The translations under genes were made by a program, and so were the position numbers. A stretch of DNA of 64,000 nucleotides from Shigella phage ChubbyThor. Location of the stretch: sequence record OL615013; one strand, written 5' to 3'. Below, piece by piece: positions 56,581 to 64,000 of the stretch (its first letter is position 1; every line of letters starts with the position of its first letter). The notes under the pieces were generated by a model. It had not been told where the DNA came from. It ran no database searches and saw nothing but the letters and a program-made list of their open reading frames with translations.

Positions 56581-56610
56581 TATTTTAAAAGGCCTCATTC
56601 GACGAGGCCT
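56581..56610 (-). terminator. Rho-independent terminator (minus strand)
   Basis: Minus strand AGGCCTCG-TCGAA-TGAGGCCT followed by TTTTAAAATA. Confidence 0.6.
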
Positions 56611-56638
56611 GGAGGGAGGTGATGTGAAGTAAAAAGTT

Positions 56639-56845
56639 TTAGCTCGGGCGAACTCTTACAAACTCTCTGGCCAATTCGGCCTGCTCAGCGCTGATAGGAA
56701 CCCCATGGAAGTCCACCTGGCCATTCTTCCAGCCGTGGATGAAACTCGGGGACTCTTCCCCAGATAGGACATACCCCTCACGAGATTTCAAGTATCCCCG
56801 CACGATCTCCCCGTCGTCCAGTTTGTTCAGTTCTTCTAACGTCAT
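56639..56845 (-). CDS. Hypothetical protein
   Basis: Small ORF coupled to primase gene. Confidence 0.35.
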   Translation of the reverse strand: MTLEELNKLDDGEIVRGYLKSREGYVLSGEESPSFIHGWKNGQVDFHGVPISAEQAELAREFVRVRPS

Positions 56846-57900
56846 TTCACTTTCCTCAGTTCAGCGAATTGTAATGAAGCGGCCATACCCTGGTAGACGT
56901 TCTTGGCGATCAGCTTCAGGAGGTCTTGTATCGGCATGTTGCCCTTTGATGGCATGACCATGTCGTTGATATCCTTCCACGGAACGTCCGGTGGGAACAG
57001 CACGACCTTGACACCTTTATCTATCATCTTCTGAATACCATCACAGACCTGCGGGTTCCGGTACTGGTTGTCAGGGATATAGATGTCGCCCTTCACGCTC
57101 AACAAGTCGGCATCTGCTGACGCCATACAATTCGGCAGGAAGAGGCTATCAATCGGACCTTCCACCACCAGCTTGGTCTTGTGAATGTTCACCCGGTCTT
57201 CCCCATAGACTTTGGTGTCCTCGTCCTTGGGCTTGACTGTCGCGTATCGCAGGGTCGCGTTCTTGTCGAATGCACGCCCCTGAACGACCTTCATCCGCCC
57301 GTCTTGCGTCCAGAATGGAATCACCAGCCGTTCGTCATCAGGGATCTTCAGTTGCTTTTCGGGGTCTGTTTCAAACAGCTTCAGGTCTTCACGAAAGCGC
57401 TGTGTGTAGTACAGTAAGGACCAAGTGCTCTCCGGCAGCCCTCGCCACTGTACGTACTGTCGAGCCTTATGGTCAGGCGGTAGTAGATCAAGCCGGAGCA
57501 TATTGCCGAGGAGGCTTTCGTCGCGTTTTGCCGCCACTGAGCCAATACGGGCGGTCTGTGTCAGCTTTGGCAACGGCTTCAGGGAAGGAAGTGGTCTGCC
57601 TGACGTATCACCCAGCAGGCGGAACTTCTCCATGTTGTACTCTGTTGAGAGGCGTTCGTCGAACTTCTTCAGCCAGAACTCAAATGACCAGCCATTCATC
57701 TGGTTGCAGTTGTGGCACTTGAACCGGAAGCAGTCATGATCCCGATCATAGAAGAAGTATCCACGGCGCTTGTTAGCAGACTTCGTGGAGTCACCACACA
57801 GGGGACAACGGAAGTTTGCGACAGTACCAACGCGCTCCCACTTGAACTTGTCAAGGCGGGGCGACACGTTGTTGATAAATTGCTCGTCAAGAAATTTCAT
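56842..57900 (-). CDS. DNA primase (T4 gp61-like)
   Basis: Zinc finger FRCPLCGDS / T4 FRCPVCGDS and VEGPIDSLF / T4 LEGPIDSLF; start set at ATG 57900 to match T4 N-terminal length. Confidence 0.85.
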   Translation of the reverse strand: MKFLDEQFINNVSPRLDKFKWERVGTVANFRCPLCGDSTKSANKRRGYFFYDRDHDCFRFKCHNCNQMNGWSFEFWLKKFDERLSTEYNMEKFRLLGDTSGRPLPSLKPLPKLTQTARIGSVAAKRDESLLGNMLRLDLLPPDHKARQYVQWRGLPESTWSLLYYTQRFREDLKLFETDPEKQLKIPDDERLVIPFWTQDGRMKVVQGRAFDKNATLRYATVKPKDEDTKVYGEDRVNIHKTKLVVEGPIDSLFLPNCMASADADLLSVKGDIYIPDNQYRNPQVCDGIQKMIDKGVKVVLFPPDVPWKDINDMVMPSKGNMPIQDLLKLIAKNVYQGMAASLQFAELRKVK

Positions 57901-58511
57901 TAGATCTTCGGCCTCTGGAACACTTCGGTCACAGTATAGTCTACACCACGACTTTGAGCTATACACAGTTGGCGCCAAGCCCCATACAGGATATTCTGCT
58001 CCCCAGCCGTGTTGCGCTCAAAGTGGGCGAAGCCGTCGAGGAGTTCCATGTAGCTGCGCATATGTCGGGTAACGGTTCTTCCTCTCTTGATCTGTTCATC
58101 AAGATACTTCTGATAATGCTCTGGTGATGACAATGAAGAGTACTGCATGTCTGGCACATGAACTGGCATCAGGGACTTGCGGGGTGTGAAGTAGAACAAC
58201 CCCCACTTTGGTGGCAGGTCTTCAACCCTGATCACATCCTGAGGGCAGACATAAAAGCGGTATGCGCCCATCCCTGTTGTGGGGTCCATCCGATGGGGCT
58301 TCTTCTTGTCAGTGAGGAAGTCGGCGCGGGACACCTTCACTTCCATCAGGACAGAGCACCCGCCTGAACGAAACCCGATGGCATCAGGTGATTCTTTGTT
58401 GTCAAACGAATTTGGCTCGATGAAGACAGCGCCGCAGTTCATGCGACCGCGCAGGTAGTTGGCCGCGATCTCACATCCTTCACGATGTGTCGGGGTAAAG
58501 ATTTTGCTCAT
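57900..58511 (-). CDS. Putative PD-(D/E)xK-fold nuclease
   Basis: D(AIGF)...LMEVKVSRADF resembles PD-(D/E)xK motif II/III; ATG 58511 with AGGAAAGGA SD; stop overlaps primase start (TAATG). Confidence 0.4.
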   Translation of the reverse strand: MSKIFTPTHREGCEIAANYLRGRMNCGAVFIEPNSFDNKESPDAIGFRSGGCSVLMEVKVSRADFLTDKKKPHRMDPTTGMGAYRFYVCPQDVIRVEDLPPKWGLFYFTPRKSLMPVHVPDMQYSSLSSPEHYQKYLDEQIKRGRTVTRHMRSYMELLDGFAHFERNTAGEQNILYGAWRQLCIAQSRGVDYTVTEVFQRPKI

Positions 58512-58568
58512 TGTCCTTTCCTTTCGGTGAATAATGAGCAAAATTATATGCCTTTATTTCGTATTGAC

Positions 58569-58922
58569 TTACGACAGCTGCTTCAGTTTGTAGATCGTCT
58601 GATAGCACAGCGTCTTGATTTCATCAAGCGTGTTCTGAAGGTGGGAGTCACACTGCCTGTAGATGCCATCGACGTCTATCACCACGCTGTTGACATAGGA
58701 GATAGGGTCTGGGTTATAGAGCTTGATGTTCTCAAACGACGGAACGTACTGGCCACCCGCACCGATGTATGCTTCGGTAAACGTGTCCAGCAAGTCCTCC
58801 AGTTCCCCGTAGAACTCCCCGAGTGCCTTGTGCTTGGCGTAGGACGTTGTAACGAAGTGCAGGGCATGAGAGTGGGCTATAGCAAGCAGTCCACGGTTGA
58901 TGAAAATACTCGCGTTAACCAT
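58569..58922 (-). CDS. Hypothetical protein
   Basis: AGGA SD; no recognised motif. Confidence 0.4.
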   Translation of the reverse strand: MVNASIFINRGLLAIAHSHALHFVTTSYAKHKALGEFYGELEDLLDTFTEAYIGAGGQYVPSFENIKLYNPDPISYVNSVVIDVDGIYRQCDSHLQNTLDEIKTLCYQTIYKLKQLS

Positions 58923-58935
58923 GATGTTGTCCTCA

Positions 58936-58967
58936 GAAAAAGAAATCCCCCTGTATTTAGGGGGATT
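58936..58967 (-). terminator. Rho-independent terminator (minus strand)
   Basis: Minus strand AATCCCCC-TAAATACA-GGGGGATT followed by TCTTTTTCT. Confidence 0.65.
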
Positions 58968-58971
58968 GTCA

Positions 58972-59211
58972 TCACGGCTTGACCAGAGTCATCTTGACGG
59001 TTTCACCCGTGTCGGTGTCTGTCAGGGTCATGACGTCTTGTGCGTTCACAGACTTCACTTTCCCTTGTCTCTTGTCGCCGTTGCGATTGTAGTAGTCGAT
59101 CAGTTCGCCTTTGGTTGGGCGGCCAACATCGGTGATGTCATACTGTCCACGCTTGCCCAGCGCCCGGTGGTCGACCTTTGCCTCTGTCAGGAAGTCTTTA
59201 AACCCTTTCAT
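58972..59211 (-). CDS. Small basic protein with internal-protein-like leader (MKGFKDFLTE); candidate packaged protein
   Basis: N-terminus nearly identical to ORF 5292 (MKGFQDFLED) and similar to T4 IP leader MKTYQEFIAE; GGAGG SD. Confidence 0.45.
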   Translation of the reverse strand: MKGFKDFLTEAKVDHRALGKRGQYDITDVGRPTKGELIDYYNRNGDKRQGKVKSVNAQDVMTLTDTDTGETVKMTLVKP

Positions 59212-59220
59212 ACAACCTCC

Positions 59221-59790
59221 TTAGACAGGCTTGACGCCGAGGAACTTGGCGATATCAGCAGCCAGGTTTTTACCCTTGCTGATGTCGTGTTCTTTACCGC
59301 CGACAGTAACGATCACATATGGGTCGTCTTCACCGCCGAAGTTCACAGACACAGCCTTACCATGGCCGGGGATGCCAGAGTATTCGAACTCAGTGCGACC
59401 ACTCTTGCGAGACTTGCCAACACCCAGTGCTTTACCGATCATCTTGTCCATGTTCGCCAGTTCCTGAGCATAGGCTTCGGTCACCTGGCCTTTGTCAGCA
59501 GACTTGCCAAAGAAGAATTCGAAGCCGTCATGGACAGCAACGACTTCCTGACCTTGGGAGATACCGTGAGTCTGGTCTGGGGTCAGCTTCACCTTGATGG
59601 TATTGCCGTTGGTTAACTCCAGGTTGTAGACATCCGCCTGATTGTCAGGAGTGATCTGGGTCACGGTAGCACCGGAGCACCACTGAGTGCCGTCAGCTTG
59701 CTTGGTGATGGATACGCTTTTGCCCTGGACACCAGCATGGGTCTGAGGCTGAGCAGCTTGTTCTTTAAAGTATTGAAGGAACGGTTTCAT
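59221..59790 (-). CDS. Protein with internal-protein-like leader (MKPFLQYFKE); candidate packaged protein
   Basis: GAGGAG SD; TATAAATA 25 nt upstream of ATG. Confidence 0.45.
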   Translation of the reverse strand: MKPFLQYFKEQAAQPQTHAGVQGKSVSITKQADGTQWCSGATVTQITPDNQADVYNLELTNGNTIKVKLTPDQTHGISQGQEVVAVHDGFEFFFGKSADKGQVTEAYAQELANMDKMIGKALGVGKSRKSGRTEFEYSGIPGHGKAVSVNFGGEDDPYVIVTVGGKEHDISKGKNLAADIAKFLGVKPV

Positions 59791-59815
59791 CTCGAATCTC
59801 CTCGGGGATTTCAGT

Positions 59816-59823
59816 TATTTATA
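59816..59823 (-). promoter_or_regulatory. T4-type late promoter core TATAAATA
   Basis: Exact TATAAATA on the minus strand, 25 nt upstream of the ATG at 59790. Confidence 0.5.
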
Positions 59824-59865
59824 AGCCCCCGAAGGGGCTTTATTCTGTTCAAGTCCAGCTAGTTT

Positions 59866-61866
59866 TCACCAAACATTCAGAAATAGTGCATGACCCATAC
59901 CACCGTTTGACTGAAGAGACCATTTTCCTGTTTCTCTTCCCAGGCGTTCTATGTTGTTGAGTTGGTTTATCGACAATTCAGAAGAGTCAAATAATACCAC
60001 ATCACGTTTTTTGGGTTCTCTCAAATAAGGTCCGAGATCAATATCAATCATCCGGTTTATAAATTCTACTACTTCGGCTTGTTTCTTTGGTAATGTGATA
60101 TCCGGATTGTTTGTCACTTTCTCCAAGCGTTTATTTTCTGCGCTTATCATGGATAGCATAATTTGTGTAACTTTGCCGTCAGACAAGTTGTAATCGTTCC
60201 AAATCACTTCACCTTTATCCGTGATGGTTATATCATTCAAGAAAACCTGGTTTGGGTTGTATGTCTGACTTTTCAACTGTTGGAGGTTTCTGGAAAGATA
60301 TTCCATTTTTGATGAGATTTCATTAATCACACTCTGGACCAAATCTTTGTTCAAAGGAAGTTCATATGTCTTCGGATTGTTCAGGGTACGCCCTTTCTGA
60401 GAGACAATTGGGGTGAATGCAACTTTGCCTTTGTCATGATAATAGGTTACGTTGGTTATCATAGAAGTACCGGCATATTTTCCCGTTTCGGGGAAATTGA
60501 TTCCAGACCAAGTGATGGACATGCCGTTCTCTGTTTCCCCGAACACTGATGCGTTTTTCGGGATTCGCAGGTCTTTGGAACTGATAGTTGGGCCAGAAGA
60601 ATACTTCTTATACAGGTCGTGGAACTGGGCGACAATCGCCTGCGCCGCACTTTTGAAGTCGCGGTATTTCAGATCTGCTGCTTTATCTACCAGTTTACCA
60701 TCTTTATAAACCAGGTAATCTGATTTGATGGTGGTGTCAGAAGGTTCCCAAGCAGCGCCAGTAGCACTGATCAAAATCTCACTGAACTTGGAAGACAGGA
60801 CGAAAACATGATCGTCTTTGCGGCGTATATTAGAATCAAGTTTGTTGATCTCAGCCCAAACTTTGTCCGCCTTCGCTTTCGCCACATAGTTGTTACGGGC
60901 TGTGGTAGAAAGACCTGGAGGAGGGATAATGTCATCACCCTGGATACTGGTTGCCCCCACCCCAAATTCGACGTATGCGATGATCTTACCACCAGACTTC
61001 AGTTCCCAACCCATACCCTGACGGTCAGACGCTGCCATCAGTTTGCGGTCCACTTCACCACGACCAACATACTCTTTGTTGAACACAGTTACCTGGGCGA
61101 TGGTTTGGGTGCGGGCAATCTTCGCCATTGCGCCGTCTTTGACCATGATGGCCAGATCATTGGAACTCAGAGTCACGTCGTTGGCACCGACTACCTTCAC
61201 AACAGAACTGAAGATACCGTTGGATTTTGCCATGACGGAGATGTTCCAGTCGGGGTTGTTTGACGAAGTCCCCACATCAGGGGTGTTGTTCTGAACCGGA
61301 ACGTCACCGACCTTGTCCGGGTCATCCCAGGTGATACCCTGCATCTTCGGACCGTCGAATACCTGAGCCGGATCTTTACCCTTACGAACGAGCCACACAT
61401 AACCACGGTCAGGGACAGGCGCGTAGGTCAGGTCCATCACGTTCAGCTTCTGCTTCAGGCCGGACTGGCGGATGATCTTAGGAATCAGGGTCATCCCGCG
61501 TTCCAGCGCTTTCTTAGAGAAGTTGACAGCATAACCATCGATGGTCTTGCCCAGAGGGGTCGCCAGGAACTGCTTGGTCGCTTCGATCATGGAGGCGATG
61601 ACGCGCATTGGGTTCTTGAAGCGAGCGATGGCATCAGGATAAACAGAGCCGCGCTTCTGGCCGATGAAGACCTGACGAACGTTCTTGCCCAGCCCCTGAG
61701 GGGTATAGAACTGAATGCGGTATTCCTTTTCATCTTCGTCGATGAAGGTGAAGAACACATCGCCTGCGTTCTTCTTGCCCATGGTCAGCTCATACGGAGC
61801 AGAGTTGAACGCTTCGTCCAACTGATCCTTTTCCTGCATGAACTGAAGGAAATTTGGCTTTGACAT
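59866..61866 (-). CDS. Large (666 aa) candidate packaged protein (Alt-like by size and leader; function unknown)
   Basis: Start set at ATG 61866 (MSKPNFLQFMQE) with AGGAG SD; leader resembles the three other MK..F..F..E N-termini. Confidence 0.4.
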   Translation of the reverse strand: MSKPNFLQFMQEKDQLDEAFNSAPYELTMGKKNAGDVFFTFIDEDEKEYRIQFYTPQGLGKNVRQVFIGQKRGSVYPDAIARFKNPMRVIASMIEATKQFLATPLGKTIDGYAVNFSKKALERGMTLIPKIIRQSGLKQKLNVMDLTYAPVPDRGYVWLVRKGKDPAQVFDGPKMQGITWDDPDKVGDVPVQNNTPDVGTSSNNPDWNISVMAKSNGIFSSVVKVVGANDVTLSSNDLAIMVKDGAMAKIARTQTIAQVTVFNKEYVGRGEVDRKLMAASDRQGMGWELKSGGKIIAYVEFGVGATSIQGDDIIPPPGLSTTARNNYVAKAKADKVWAEINKLDSNIRRKDDHVFVLSSKFSEILISATGAAWEPSDTTIKSDYLVYKDGKLVDKAADLKYRDFKSAAQAIVAQFHDLYKKYSSGPTISSKDLRIPKNASVFGETENGMSITWSGINFPETGKYAGTSMITNVTYYHDKGKVAFTPIVSQKGRTLNNPKTYELPLNKDLVQSVINEISSKMEYLSRNLQQLKSQTYNPNQVFLNDITITDKGEVIWNDYNLSDGKVTQIMLSMISAENKRLEKVTNNPDITLPKKQAEVVEFINRMIDIDLGPYLREPKKRDVVLFDSSELSINQLNNIERLGRETGKWSLQSNGGMGHALFLNVW

Positions 61867-61908
61867 TTTGTATCTCCTGATGGAATTATGGCGGTTTCTT
61901 CTAATTAG

Positions 61909-61936
61909 CGAAACCAAAAGAGAGCCGAAGCTCTCT
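61909..61936 (-). terminator. Rho-independent terminator (minus strand)
   Basis: Minus strand AGAGAGC-TTCG-GCTCTCT followed by TTTTGGTTT. Confidence 0.6.
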
Positions 61937-61943
61937 TGTCAGA

Positions 61944-62336
61944 TCATGCCCAGGTGGATTTACTTACGGAAAGGTAGTGATCTTTAGACTCGATCAGTTC
62001 TTTACCGGATTTGACGATGGCGTCCATGGAGTAGAATCCAATCTGGAACCCATCTTTCAGGAAGATCGTGTGGTGCATGTGGTCAACTGGCAAACCATTC
62101 ACTGGGGAATTTTTGAAATTCCAACCTTCAGCCAGGAATTTTGCGTGGACCGCTTTCATCGTAGCGTCGCGATCACCGTTTGTCATGATACCCATTTCAA
62201 CGTTGTCTGCCAAACCACGGTCAACAATCTGACCTTCGAGGGTTACAACGCCGAAGCCAAGGGATTCAAGGATAGACATTTCTGGTTTGGTGAAATCTGT
62301 TTTGATCGCGTTCATGATATAGTTCCTTCGTTTCAA
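61944..62336 (-). CDS. Hypothetical protein
   Basis: ORF. Confidence 0.4.
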   Translation of the reverse strand: MKRRNYIMNAIKTDFTKPEMSILESLGFGVVTLEGQIVDRGLADNVEMGIMTNGDRDATMKAVHAKFLAEGWNFKNSPVNGLPVDHMHHTIFLKDGFQIGFYSMDAIVKSGKELIESKDHYLSVSKSTWA

Positions 62337-62387
62337 GTTGGTGTCGTACTGCTTATGGAATGAAGTATAGGGAAGGATATTGAAGAA

Positions 62388-62412
62388 GTAAAGGGGCGAA
62401 AGCCCCTTTTAT
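62388..62412. terminator. Putative terminator hairpin
   Basis: AAAGGGGC-GAAA-GCCCCTTTT between two minus-strand genes. Confidence 0.5.
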
Positions 62413-62422
62413 TGAATTATTT

Positions 62423-63061
62423 TTACGGCGTTGGGTTCACCACAGGAATATGGAATCTGATCCCGGCGATGATATCCTTCAGCTGAGGCTTCCAACCATC
62501 CACCAAACGGGGGAGAGCGATAGCACCAGGCTGAACTAAAATGATGTCGCTGCCTGTGATATTGTGCTGAGGGAACTGGGCAAGGTACTGCTCCATGGTG
62601 ACACCCTCATCAATCAGAACCGCACCGACGTCAGACGATGCGTAGGTTGCACCCAGACCGTCAACGCCCCACGCCAAGATGCCCCAGTCAGGGATGTTGG
62701 CTTCAGATGTGATGGTGAATCCAAACACGGTGTTCAGGGAGGTGAAGGAATAGACATCGTGAGTTATGTCATACACCAGATACCCCTTGGCCAGCATATC
62801 GGCAAAGATCGCGTCCGTATCTCCCGCCGCCGGAGTTGGCACAGAAAACAACAGCTCGCCCTCAGGAGGGGCAGGATACGTGCCGAGGGCATAGAGGCAC
62901 CATGCATCAATGCACTTCTTAATGAATGCCTCGGGTGCGACGTAATCGGCAAGGCGCACAGTCCCCGAGTACTCGGATACGATGATGCCTTCCTTCGCGC
63001 CCTGTAGAGCGATGAAGACCAAGATATGTTCATATCCGGTCTGAGATGGAGTGATGTTCAT
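62423..63061 (-). CDS. Hypothetical protein
   Basis: Start set at ATG 63061 (MNITPSQ), TAATG-coupled to upstream gene. Confidence 0.45.
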   Translation of the reverse strand: MNITPSQTGYEHILVFIALQGAKEGIIVSEYSGTVRLADYVAPEAFIKKCIDAWCLYALGTYPAPPEGELLFSVPTPAAGDTDAIFADMLAKGYLVYDITHDVYSFTSLNTVFGFTITSEANIPDWGILAWGVDGLGATYASSDVGAVLIDEGVTMEQYLAQFPQHNITGSDIILVQPGAIALPRLVDGWKPQLKDIIAGIRFHIPVVNPTP

Positions 63062-63675
63062 TATCTTGTCCTCTTCAGTTTCTCTATCGTGCGCTTGTTC
63101 ATGGCGATCACCCGAGGATCTACCTCGGAGATGGTCCGGCCTTTGAAGGACACACATTTCTGAAGATATTTAGCTTTCTTCACGACGTCAGCGGCATAAG
63201 CGTTCGATGCGGGATTACGGGCGAAGCCAGCATTGTAAGAGGAGAGGGATTTGCGTACATTCTGCTTGTGATATGTCAGCCAGAACTGCATCTCATCGAG
63301 GGCGGCTTGCGCGGCATATTCTTGGTCGGTCAACAACTTGATGGCGACATTGGCATAGCACTTGCGATTCTTACAACCTTCGCGATCACCAACTGTCTTC
63401 ACCTTGTTCTGAAAGGCTCCCATGTTGGCCGCCTTGAGACCGTAGCGCATTGACACTACATCTTCACCAGCACGGCTCTCTCGCCAAGATATGGCAGCCA
63501 GGGTGTAACCAAGATCTTGTGTCTTGCCTATGTGATAGGCAGTTGCCAGCGTATTAAGTTGTTGCTCGGAGAAATCATAAACACATTGACTTGTATTTTG
63601 GGAAGCGTGCACATTCCCGCTGGCAATGGTAAAGGTCACGGACAAGGCCATGGCCTTCAACGTTGTCATCGTCAT
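63061..63675 (-). CDS. Secreted/periplasmic protein with N-terminal signal peptide
   Basis: MTMTTLKAMALSVTFTIASGNVHA-SQ signal-peptide-like N-terminus; AAGGAA SD. Confidence 0.5.
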   Translation of the reverse strand: MTMTTLKAMALSVTFTIASGNVHASQNTSQCVYDFSEQQLNTLATAYHIGKTQDLGYTLAAISWRESRAGEDVVSMRYGLKAANMGAFQNKVKTVGDREGCKNRKCYANVAIKLLTDQEYAAQAALDEMQFWLTYHKQNVRKSLSSYNAGFARNPASNAYAADVVKKAKYLQKCVSFKGRTISEVDPRVIAMNKRTIEKLKRTR

Positions 63676-63730
63676 GATGGCGTTCCTTATGTGGATTGTC
63701 GACTTGCAGCTCGCTTGAGCCTCCTGACAG

Positions 63731-63770
63731 GGGTTAAAAGATAAAGGGCACGTGGTATTTAGTGCCCTTT
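63731..63770 (-). terminator. Rho-independent terminator (minus strand)
   Basis: Minus strand AAAGGGCAC...GTGCCCTTT hairpin followed by ATCTTTTAA, just after the stop of the partial gene. Confidence 0.5.
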
Positions 63771-63772
63771 GG

Positions 63773-64000
63773 CCTCATTCATAGATGAGGTGGTAGGATT
63801 CTTCGATGCACTCCAGCCAGCCGTAGACGAACTGTAGAGGGTCATCCCAGTCACACGCCTTGCCGATCGTGAACTGACCGTCTAGACAATCCCCGCGCTC
63901 GTAGAAGTTCACGGTGCCATCAATCGTGATAACGTTTCCAGTCTGCATCACTGTTTTGACACCAACCGCAACCTTGTGGTGTTTATGTTTCGCATTCCAG
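63773..64000 (-). CDS. Hypothetical protein, 5'-partial (start beyond window end)
   Basis: Open frame from window edge to TGA at 63773; not in ORF track because truncated. Confidence 0.3.

Noticed and set aside
58897-59616. 239-aa plus-strand ORF
   Set aside because: Antisense to the late-promoter-driven genes with the conserved leader.
59824-59841. AAGCCCCCGAAGGGGCTT hairpin as terminator of the 666-aa gene
   Set aside because: On the minus strand it is followed by an A-rich rather than U-rich tract and overlaps the TATAAATA late promoter; it may be a weak terminator or an RNA processing element, so it is not listed as a feature.

Overview
This window is a gene-dense stretch of a virulent T4-like myophage genome (Tevenvirinae-like or Ackermannviridae-like), not a bacterial chromosome. 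I read about 95 protein-coding genes, no rRNA/tRNA/CRISPR. Recognisable T4-type core genes: rIIA (5' partial) and rIIB, topoisomerase II large and medium subunits, DexA exonuclease, dCMP deaminase, gp4-like head completion protein, tape measure, DNA ligase, gp41 helicase, UvsX, gp56-like dNTP pyrophosphatase, gp1 dNMP kinase, gp32 SSB, gp5-like hub, gp25-like wedge, NrdH-like redoxin, NrdB, NrdA, PhoH, endolysin and gp61 primase. Three paralogous HNH homing endonucleases sit between conserved genes. Genes are tightly packed with many ATGA/TAATG start-stop overlaps, and several hairpin terminators are visible. The most interesting candidates are (1) a pyrimidine-modification module: a thymidylate-synthase-family enzyme with a non-canonical active-site motif next to a P-loop kinase, suggesting hydroxymethyl-pyrimidine DNA with possible post-replicative hypermodification; (2) four proteins sharing a T4 internal-protein-like N-terminal leader (MKGFxDFLxE), three of them in one cluster with a TATAAATA late-promoter match ahead of the first, suggesting packaged, injected effectors; (3) a macro-domain protein and a PP-loop ATPase plus metallophosphoesterase in the early region. 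All assignments rest on motif recognition and recalled T4 protein sequences; no database search was run. Several ORF-track starts are TTG/GTG and were moved to the nearest ATG with a Shine-Dalgarno motif.
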